Below are positions 29,512 through 40,026 of a stretch of 64,000 nt of DNA, in pieces (the stretch's first letter is position 1; each line of letters starts with the position of its first letter). The stretch is taken from NCBI GenBank assembly GCA_053919585.1, contig CM132814.1. One strand, 5' to 3'. The position numbers and the translations under genes were made by a program. The notes under the pieces were generated by a model. That model was given only the letters and a program-made list of their open reading frames with translations, made no database searches and was not told the origin of the DNA. The stretch comes from Euprymna scolopes. Taxonomy: Eukaryota.

Positions 29512-29706
29512 GTCAAAGCATTTCAGAATTTCTTCCATAAATGACATTTATCCTATCAGTTTACACACACGCACGCATATAAATTATCACAAGTTGAACT
29601 TTCTCCCTTAGAATTTATGAATTATTTAGCTTTTTCTATTGACTATTGCAAATTTAAAATGATTCATCTTTTCTTGTAATATCATCATCACGACCGCATG
29701 TAACCA

Positions 29707-30710
29707 TCTATAATATAAATCTCACCTTTTTGTTTAAAGGTATGTATGTATGTATGTCAGGTCATGTCATATGCTACTGGTACCATGTAATCCAGTACTA
29801 CCTGCCTCATAGTCGGGTCACCGACGACTAAACTGGTTCCCCCACCAGACTTGTTTGGTGAGGACGGTGGCTAGTCTCCCTGAAGGATTAAAAACAAGAC
29901 CTTCCAAAGGGCGAATGAACCCTTTTTCGGGGTCAACAGCCAACTAGCACCGTGTGTGTTTTTGTGTGTGTATGTGTGTGTTGGGGTGGAGAGGGCTTCT
30001 GTAAGCCGTGGTGAAGGCAACTTTTCTAGGAGAAGCAAATCTGATTTAAAAAAAACATAAAGTGGGAGACCAGTACCCGCATTAAGCTGGTCTGCAGTAA
30101 CTTGTTGCTGGTTATCTTGCTCTTGCTTGTTGCTGGATCTCAACATTTTGAACCGAGAGAGAGACTTAGTTGTCGTACAAAGCTAAGACTCTGTAACATC
30201 ATCTGTGTATAGATACTCCCTCAGGCATTTGTCTATTAAAATGGTTCTGTGGCGATGGAATTCATTTATGAGCTCATGGACTTTAAGTGTCTGAGGAAGT
30301 GGCACTCGTCTGACAAGACGTTGCAATCATCATGTATGTATGTATGTCTGCCTAAAAATTTTGACACAGGCGACGGATTTTCACGAGATCGGTATCATTT
30401 TGAAGCTCAATGTTTCAGACGACATATATAAAACATTTGCCCAAAATATTAATTCTTTCACCCTCAACTGAGCAGTTTTCTATAAGGAGGGGGTCGATTT
30501 TTTGTGAGCCATTTTTGCAAGTCATCGAATCAGTTGGATTGACTTTGCCTGATTTTAAGGTTCCGAACTTCTGGTCACATCATGGAGTAGCAGTAAAATG
30601 TCAGATTTTCTTTCATTTTCTTTTCTGCCTTTGTGTCATGCATTCGAGCATGCCTGCCTACTAACACTTTTTTTTTTTGCTCAACACACACCTCCAAACA
30701 CCCAGGCTAG
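29707..30710 (+). mobile_element. Non-autonomous Helitron-like element interrupted by an RTE-derived insertion
   Basis: a^TCTATAATATAAATCTCACC start; resumes at ~30334 homologous to 30745 onward; ends cacacctccaaacacccaggCTAG. Confidence 0.75.
29779..30333 (+). mobile_element. ~550-bp RTE-derived short non-autonomous retroelement (copy A)
   Basis: Near-identical copies at 57935, 59361 and 60394; contains the RTE 5'-UTR-type motif ggcaac..tctaggagaag; 3' tail ctgacaagacgttgcaat(cat)n; inserted in a (tatg)n tract. Confidence 0.7.
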
Positions 30711-31150
30711 TCTATAATATAAATCTCACCAGTCTGCTTAAATGTATGTATGTCTCACAAAAACTTTCGAGAGAGGTGACAGATTTTCACAAGATTGGTA
30801 TCATTTTGAAACTCGACCCTTCGGATGAGAAATATCGAAAAATTGGCCAAAAAACATTCATTTCTTCACCCTCAACTGAACACTTTTCTACAGGGAGGGG
30901 GTCGCTTTTTTCCGCCAATATTTTCGAAAGCCACCCCCTCTTTTCGATTATCTAGCCTTAATTTAAATCTACATCACTTCCAGTTTGACGATGGACGCAA
31001 TGGCAAAGACGTCATGTGTTTTTTTTTTTTTTACATTTTCTTTTCTTCCTTCGCGGTACGGATTCAAGCCTTCCTGCCTACTACCACTTTTCTTTTCTTT
31101 GCTCAACACACACCTCCAAACACCTGGGCAACGCCGGGCACCAAGGCTAG
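30711..31150 (+). mobile_element. Non-autonomous Helitron-like element, head-to-tail with the previous one
   Basis: CTAG|TCTATAATATAAATCTCACC junction; subterminal hairpin cctgggcaacgccggg followed by CTAG^t. Confidence 0.85.
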
Positions 31151-31370
31151 TTTAATCCTAAACGGTCATTTAATAATTAATTAATCAATTTAAATTATAT
31201 TTTCATTGCTGACCATTGTCATCATGTATGTGTATGTTGTCTCCATCCAATTCTATTCGCTGTTATAAAAGCCATTTGACATTATTCAATTAATTCAAGC
31301 ATGTTCTTATAAACATAAAAGATTTATTCCCAAATGTTTATCTTATAGCTGAAAGGTCAAAAGGGAGGTT

Positions 31371-31372
<2 letters not shown>

Positions 31373-31428
<56 letters not shown>
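31373..31428. repeat. (GA)n microsatellite
   Basis: Read directly from the sequence. Confidence 0.95.
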
Positions 31429-31432
<4 letters not shown>

Positions 31433-33324
31433 TGTTTTGAGCACATTGCTTAATTTTTAGCAAGTCTTGTCTCAACTAAGACTCTATGACTATTTTCTCA
31501 CATTCTAAGAATTTGTGACATCATATCCGACCTCTTCCACATATTAGTTAATATCTACTAGTAGATGTACTTCCTCCACTCAACATTTAACATTTATTGC
31601 TATTTTTATCCATGTTAATTTGTCCAAGAATTAGCTGTTTCTTTTACATAATATTTTCAAATAAATTACATTCAACACATCTGCTATTTCATCCACAATC
31701 TTCTATAAAAATTAATGGTTAGCTAGAAAATTTTGTACATAGAGAGGGAACCTTAAAAGTCAAAATGCATCGAAAATCATTAATTTCTGCACAGTTTCAA
31801 AACAACAACGAATATTTGAAACTGGGTCACCTGAAAAAGCACTGATGAATCAGAAGAAATAACCACCCATCGACATCATTTGTTCAACTCAGGAGAAAAT
31901 CTTATGAAATAACAATATGATCATCATGGCATTGCTGTGCAACATAGTCAATACATACCTAAAAATATTATGGTCGTCCTGAAAAGTGAACACATACTTA
32001 TATTGTGCATTGAACCAGGAATATAACTTGCAAGGTTACCATACAGTCTTCCTTTTGGGCCAGAAATGACAACTAACAATATATTTCCTACGTTTTTTTT
32101 TTTCCAAATCTAATTCATATGATTGGTAATTTACTAAATAATCTTATTGGATACTTGTTGGAATTCCTAAGATTTCTATTTCAAAAGAAATTCTTTAGGA
32201 ATGTCCACACCTATTGCATATATATCTGCAGCAACAACAACCGTAACGCTTTGTTCAAAGAGATGTTAAGTCAAAGAGGTTGATACTTAGTTGATACTGA
32301 CTAATAAGACAACAATGTGTCTTTATTTTGAAAGCTACAAACATCGACTGATTGAAAGCAAAACTCTATATGCTCAGTCCAGAAATATATTGTAGAGTTA
32401 CTTCTTTAATTCAATGATCTACCAATATTTCTTGTTACCAGACATTTCCATTTTCGTTTTTACCTGCCTCTATTGCATATGCAGCACACCAGATGTTGTT
32501 TTTGAGCAATGAAGACTACCACAGCAGTTGGCAATTCATCATATCTTATGCTGCTAGAATCTCCTCTCCACTGCTCCAGATTTCATAATCACATCTGTGT
32601 TAACCTGGTCTCTTCATGCTTCTATGAGTTAATATAATGCAACTGACTCATCCAGAAAGGCTTCATCTGATTCATCTGTCAGACTCAGATCCACTTACCT
32701 TAGAGGTATGATCTTCACAGATGTCGGCCATCCTAGCACTCTGGGTGGGAAAATTACTGTTACTCATATTCGGAAATACTTGAAACCACAAGAGGATCCT
32801 TGACTTTAGGTCAGTAGAAGATACTACACTTCATCTTTTTTATCCTCCTGTAAATACTAATATTTAAATATATACACATACCCAATTGCTAAAGATATTT
32901 ATTTTCTTCCCTCAAATTTGAATTCTTCCTTCCATAGTGTTCTATACTAAGTATAAGTGTTCAATACTAAATACACCATAATCTCTTTTCATATTATTTC
33001 AGTAATTCTTATTTGTTACCTAATTGAAAAGAAAGCTAGTTATTCTCACTTGTTTAAATATAAATCATTTACCATCATTTCATGTCACTATTCCAATGTT
33101 CTCTCTCATTGAATAGATAAGCTTATTGAACAAATTTGCTTTCGTTTGCAAATGTTTTAAAAACATGGGAAGAAATTCATTATTTGTACTATATAAGCTT
33201 TGATGGAACATTTTGAAATTTCAATTATTGTTTGGCGGTTTTAAGTATTGGAAGAATTCTATCGAGAATCCTATCATTCTCGCCTTTCCCAGAATTCCAA
33301 TGGTCAACATGTGATCGTTAATGG

Positions 33325-33448
33325 ATAGTAATTTCTGTAGAGTAAGATAATCATTGTCATTATTATAGATGTGATGATGATGATGATCATCATCATCATC
33401 ACATCTATAATAATGACAATGATTATCTTACTCTACAGAAATTACTAT
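33325..33448. repeat. 124-bp perfect palindrome, no spacer, centred on (GAT)n/(ATC)n
   Basis: 62-bp arms are exact reverse complements around tga|tca at 33386/33387. Confidence 0.95.
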
Positions 33449-34097
33449 TGCAATCTCCTATTTATGTCTAATACCTATTTATGTTCATTACTGATTTATG
33501 TTCAGTTGTAAGCTATTACAAAACTAGTAAATCATGATGCATTTTTTCTTTACTTTTTCCGTTATTTGAATCTTGATCTTAGATCTTGAAAGTCAAAGTT
33601 GATACAACTAAATTATTTCAATCAAATTTTGAAAAGTGAACATATATAAATAATAATATCTTTAGAAAAGTTGGTTTGGATATCCAGCACTTCATCAAAT
33701 CTCAACACTAACGTAATGTACTTGCAATAACCCTTATCCCTGAGTGGCTTCCGGGCCTTGATAAGTGGTGATCACTGTATAAAAAAAAAAAGCATATAAA
33801 TTTATCTTGTGAGATTTTAAAAGTCGAGCCTAAATAACATTTAAACTAAAACATCAAATTTTGACTACTGAATTTTCAATTGTAATTACAGAAATATGTT
33901 AATAAAACTATAATAACGTATTTCATTACAATTTATTAAAAAATATCATGTAGTTCTATCCAGGCAGAGTAAGCTATATTATGAAATAGAATTATATTTA
34001 AACGGAGCATCTACATATCTATACAATTGCTGATATTTACCTTATGTTATCAATCTGAAGTGTATAATTACATATTAATGGTACATCTAGTTTAAAG

Positions 34098-34373
34098 TTG
34101 TTGGTTGGTTGGTTTTGTTTTACGGCGTATCAACCCGTTTCAGGTTATTTAATGCCGAATCCAGTGATTTGGAAGAAAAATTTTTTAATAGAATATATTT
34201 GTTTTTCAAGTTGGTTTCTATTTAACCCATAGTTGGGACCCTAACAGATACTACTACTCCGGGTCAGAGTGGACCTGGGAGCAATGGCAATTAAAGGGTA
34301 GCTCCACACTCCCCAAAGCCCGCAAGCTGGGGCCTCACCATCGAATATAGTTTAAGGTCATATCCAGGATCCC
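34098..34373 (-). mobile_element. SINE-like dispersed repeat with 9-bp target-site duplication
   Basis: agtttaaag at 34089-34097 and 34374-34382; (ttgg)n tail at the left; body ggtcagagtggacctgggagcaatggcaat...ctcaccatc...gtcatatccagga resembles an abundant octopus repeat (from memory, not searched). Confidence 0.7.
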
Positions 34374-36772
34374 AGTTTAAAGAACAAGCATAAAGATGTG
34401 ATATGTTTAAAAACAGCCAGACCAAATAAGGTCTGCAAAAAAGTATTAGAAAGTGATTCATAATGGTCAAAAATAAAAGTTTTTGTTGTGTCCACTCAAA
34501 TACTTAATTGTCATTTTATTGATTTTCTTAAGATAGATTCAAACCAGTAAACACAAACAACATTAAAAAATATACAATATTTCAAGGACACAGAATTTTG
34601 AAGGGAGGGTATTGTTTATTTGTATGATCTTATATTATAAAACATGCCTTACAGATAATTATTTATATTGCCATGAAAAATCTTTCAATTTCTTTAGAAA
34701 AAAAAGCATCGAACATTTTTCATTGCTTTTTATGTTTTATTAAAACATTGCTTTTTAACAATTTTAGCATTTTTCTATACAATTTTATGATTCCATATTT
34801 TAAATTTTATATCAGTTTATAATTTTTTGTTTTAATTAGCTGCAAGAAATTTTGAAAAATATAAATTCCTATTCAAGGTTTTCATTGTAATAAACTTTCA
34901 TTAAGCGATTTATTGCAGCAACTATATATATTTATAATATGCAGAAATGTATTCTTTTATAAGTTTGTATATAACTCGGTCCCTTTTTATACAATTAGTC
35001 AGGATGATTCAATTGTTTTTAAAATGTATTTTATTTCAGAATCTTATCCAATTTTAACTACTTTGATTTTAAACTACACAAGTTAAATCAGAAAACCAGT
35101 CTCTATTTTGTTTAAATCAAAACTGTATAATACTTAAAATAATAATTTTTAAAGAAAGTTACACCTACTTCAAAAGAAAATTGCACAATTTAACTCATTA
35201 TTATTTCGTTAGAAAATTTTTTCTTTAAATTTTAACTATAACTATTTATTCGAAAGCAATTAATATATAAATTGCTATGTTAAAAAAGGAAGAAAAATAG
35301 GTATAGAAAATGGTAAAAAAATCTTTTTTAGTTTTTAATATAATAAAAATAAAATAATGGGAATCTTCTGGTTGGTTAATATATTATACTGAATTATTGC
35401 TAAAATTTTATTAAATAAATAACAGCGTTATATATGGATTGAAACTAATGTAATGGGTGGGGTTCAATGGAATGCGAATTAAAAAGAAAAGTAATCCATA
35501 GATATTTTTCAATTTTTTTCCTTTGCGATATGTATGGGATTATCTTTTTTCTGGAGAGGAAGGCAAATATTTGAGGCATTTAAAGCTTTTTATATAATAT
35601 CTTTTTCTTTTTTTAAGAAAAAATTATTTGGTAACTGTTTGTTCTGCTGTTTTGTAATACAGACATAAAAAAATGAGCAGGTTAATTTTGGGAAAATTTC
35701 TGATTCGTTTCCTTTTGAAATTATTTTAATAATAATTATTTCAAAAACTGGAATTTTTCAGTCATATGATAATCCCATAGATACAAGAAGTTATTCATTT
35801 TTTTTCTCCATAATCTTTCTTGCAGTTTACATTTGGAATATTTAAAATGTAAATACTGAAACAAGAAAATCCAGGGAACATTAGCAACCATCACGTATAC
35901 ATATATGCAAAATTGCTTAAATATATGTAAACACACATATTTACACCCATCTTCTGATCCTCATTCCCATACATACAATAATATATGAAAAATTAACTAT
36001 AGAAACGTATATAACTATATAAGTTATATACACAATAAGTAATACCTATTTTTTTATTTGTAAGTTGTTTTAATGCATCAATTGGTATATTATGTTATTA
36101 TTTATGATCAACTTTACAGTTACATCAAATATGTAATTCAATTATTTTTCTTTTCTGATGTAAAGCAATAAATATTATAAAGGAGTAATGTGGAATAACT
36201 CCAATAGCCTGCAGAAATCATATCTGATAAAAACTTGAAAAATGAAAATGACTTTGAACAGACAATTGAACTCCAAACGGATTAGAATGAAAGTCCAAAA
36301 CTTAACAAATTTATATTTTAGTGCTGAACAGTCAAACTTGTTAAGTAGTGTGTAATATCCACTTTATAGTAGGAAATGATCAAATTAATTAATATTAATA
36401 TTATTAATTAATTTTAATATTAATATTAATATTGATATAATTATTCCTTACTCAATTAATATTCTCTAAAGAAAATAAAATTTAATTAAATTTAGAATTT
36501 TATAAACAAATATTCAAATTAATCTGAATTTTTATGCTTCCATTATTTAATTTTATTTAAGTATGTCATGAAGGGGTGATGCGGCTACGGTTACATGTAA
36601 AACAACTTTTATTTATGTGTGTGAAATCGTTAGTATATGGAATGTATGAAGGAAATAAAATTTTATAAGCATGAAAACAAATTAGTTAAACATATTGAGA
36701 CACACACATATTTAAAGAATTTATGATTTCTGACATTTCGATTTTTATGGTGAAATCATCATGAGATTTGGG

Positions 36773-36829
<57 letters not shown>

Positions 36830-36958
36830 GTTTTTGTTTTCACTATACATTTTTTGAATGAATTATACAAAAATGCATTTTTACCTAAATGCGAGTTGGG
36901 AATAATTTTCCCTTTGACCAATTTAGTACCTCCAAATGGGGAGCGGTATATATATTAT

Positions 36959-37041
<83 letters not shown>

Positions 37042-37572
37042 CAAGGAGTAAATTCACCTTCTGGCTGTAATCAGCACATAACAGTCTCATTTCTCCGCTC
37101 ATTTAGCCACATTTCCCAGCATAAATATTCATTCAAGTTTTTCTCGGCATGATGAACACTTCATGAAGCCAAAACATCAGAACTCATGAACGTTGCAAAC
37201 ATGCTTGTGTGCCAATATTCTTATTTTGTTTTAATGCTTATCAGCTTCTTCCATACATTAACCGTTTCATTTTTTTTTTTTCAGAAATTTAATTTCATTG
37301 ATACCAACTCTTTCACACACACATAACAATTTCCAATCATCAATACGTTAGGGCACTTATGGTAGGTGCAGCCATGTTGTCAACATTGAGGTGGATGTGC
37401 TTAATATCGATAGATCGAATATATTATATGAGTTTATATTCTATGAGTGGCAGTTTCATTGTATTCCAAGTTTGTTGGGTAGAAAAGTATTGGTCCATTT
37501 TAATTTCTCTTTGACGAATAAAAAAATGCAATTAAACTGTAAAAATCGTAGAATATAAGCACATGTAATTAC

Positions 37573-37632
<60 letters not shown>

Positions 37633-38193
37633 ACACATGCATACATACATGTAACTGACTAGATAGAATTTTTACTATTATTTGCAAAACGATTTCCATA
37701 TTTCAAAATCATTTTTTCAGATAACTGTGTTTAGATACATTAAGCAGATGTCACTTCTGTATACAAATAGATTCATAGTTATTATTACTTTTATTCATAA
37801 TTCACAATTACACACACATGCGTGCATGCGCACACACACACATATTCAATTCATTCACATAATTATATACAGGCAAAACATTACCGCTTACACACACACC
37901 TCTCATATCTCCAACAAGTATATGTACATTTATAGAATAATATAATATTTTGAATCCATTTTAAATCTATTATTGTTTGTTTTTTTTTTATAATCATTCA
38001 CTTTTTGTTTTCTCAATTTTGAACCTTTTTTATTTTAGTGATTAGGTTTTCCCGTTGAATTTTCCACGCTTTTTTTGGAATTGTCTTTGAAATTGTCTTT
38101 GCATGGCAAAATATGACTTTGTCACATACTTTTTTTTTTTATTTTAGTGACATATAATTTAGTCTTAAAAGTTCCTTCAGTTCTTGCATTCAA

Positions 38194-38294
38194 TTAAGGT
38201 ATGTTAACGCCACACTGATACCAATAAGATGTCGGACTCATGAATTCTATCTTCTGCCTGCGAGGTTCCTCTCCCCAGTTATCACGCCCAAAAC
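38194..38294 (-). CDS. Candidate terminal exon of an unidentified gene (phase 1): FGRDNWGEEPRRQKIEFMSPTSYWYQCGVNIP*
   Basis: Strong acceptor ttttcctttttattcatttcag|G; locally higher GC; longest open frame runs 32 codons to TAA. No homology recognised. Confidence 0.3.
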
Positions 38295-38581
38295 CTGAAA
38301 TGAATAAAAAGGAAAATGTTTATTAGTTATTACTGTTTATATTTTGACATAAATATTTTTTCACCTACAGCCCCCCCCCTCAAAAAAAAGCAACAAAAAA
38401 CAATCAGATATCAAGATTAATGTAAAAATGTAAAAATTATAGATTATTTCAATCACTCTCAACAAATAAAAATTTCCCCTTTTGATTTTGTCAGTTTTAC
38501 ATCTAAGTGATCGTTTCTTCTATGTTTATCCTAATTAGAATATCATTTTCAGATGATCATTTTATTTAGTTTCGGAAATAA

Positions 38582-38636
<55 letters not shown>

Positions 38637-38978
38637 GTGTGTGTGGGGGAGGGAGGAAAATAAAGATTTTTTTTTTAGATATATAAAATCTTTTCTATTC
38701 CTTAGTTTCTTTTTGAAATATTTACTTTAATCTGGAATATAAGATAAAAAAAATAATCATTGGACAAACACCTGTTAACGAATTAAGCAAAACATATGGA
38801 CATGATCAACCATTTCCGGACCAGACAAGTCTAAAAATCAAATTTTCTTTATTTCAAAATATGAATTAAAACATTGCAAATTGGAGATGATTAGGCTAAA
38901 AATCCCCGAGGTTGAAATAATAAAAACATTATATATATATATATATATATATGTGAAATTTATTATTGTGAGTCTAGA

Positions 38979-39058
38979 ATGAGTTTACATATTGTTTCAG
39001 CTAGGGGAAAATCCTCAAAATGAAGAGGAAATATCCAACTAGCATCGTCAGAATTCAT
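38979..39058 (-). ncRNA. Type I minimal hammerhead ribozyme motif (Penelope-like)
   Basis: Stem I atgaatt/aactcat (1 mismatch), core CUGACGA, stem II GCUAG/CUAGC, GAAA, near-palindromic stem III ACAAUAUGU, GUA cleavage triplet. Confidence 0.6.
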
Positions 39059-39082
39059 AGATGGAACATAGAAGGTCCATCT

Positions 39083-39191
39083 ATGAATTCTGACGATGCT
39101 AGTTGGATATTTCATCTTCTGACGATGCTAGTTGGATATTTTCTCTTCTTTTTGAGGATTTTCCCCTAGCTGAAACAACTTGTAAACTCAT
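39083..39191 (+). ncRNA. Type I minimal hammerhead ribozyme motif (Penelope-like), mirror copy
   Basis: CUGACGA at 39090 (duplicated at 39119), GAAA 39172-39175, stem III ACAA-c-UUGU, GUA at 39182-39184. Confidence 0.6.
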
Positions 39192-39269
39192 TCTGGACTC
39201 ACAGTAATAAATTTCCTATATACTGCTCTGGCTACACATTGAGCACTCTAGTCCGGTTTTTTCACCACT

Positions 39270-39320
<51 letters not shown>

Positions 39321-39360
39321 GAATATGTATATATGTATATGCATAATTTACCTATATATA

Positions 39361-39702
39361 TTAAGTTATATATTTGGATTTTACCGTCACTGGATTATTT
39401 ATCTTCCACCAGACTATCCATTCATGTGTAATCACCTTTTTTTTCCACCATATTCCCTCTGCTTCACTTTTTTTGTTATCAAGTAAGATCTTTGACTTAC
39501 TTGTTATTTCATCAAATACTTTTGCATGCAAAATCCGATCCTGCATTTTGCTAATTCCTACCCTCTGATGAGAAGGAAAGTATTTCTTCGAAACTCAGCG
39601 GATTAAAGACTATCCACTTATGTAGTGTTTCCTTTTTCAGATTAAATATGTTTTAACTCATTTCAAAGAGTTTTTTTTAAACGTCTTATTAACTGTTTGC
39701 TC

Positions 39703-39705
<3 letters not shown>
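39361..39705 (+). mobile_element. Probable Penelope-like terminal fragment with a degenerate hammerhead (39560-39601)
   Basis: CTGATGA-GAAGGAA agta TTTCTTC-GAAAC-tcag; sits between (AT)n tracts carrying a duplicated ~45-bp motif. Confidence 0.5.
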
Positions 39706-39765
<60 letters not shown>

Positions 39766-39797
39766 CGAATATGTATATAGGCATATGCATAATTTAC

Positions 39798-39845
<48 letters not shown>

Positions 39846-39964
39846 ATGCATAATATATATATCATATATAAAATGTATAATATACATATATGTTTAATAT
39901 ATAAGTATAATATATATAAGTATAATATATAAGTATAATATGACTTGCTGCCAAAATATACAAG

Positions 39965-40025
<61 letters not shown>

Positions 40026-40026
<1 letters not shown>

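Larger units (their letters stand above)
38955..39215. mobile_element. Long inverted repeat (~110-bp arms, 10-nt loop) of a Penelope-type terminal repeat with a hammerhead motif in each arm
   Basis: Arms 38955-39065 and 39076-39215 (29-bp duplication in the right arm). Each arm reads CTGACGA-tGCTAG...CTAGCt-GAAAC..GTA. Confidence 0.75.

Noticed and set aside
37148-37180. Hammerhead-like catgatgaacacttcatgaagccaaaacatcag
   Set aside because: Several core positions differ (CUGA, GAAA, GUC); too degenerate to call.
36854-39887. ORFs rich in YIYI/IYIY
   Set aside because: Translations of (AT)n microsatellites.
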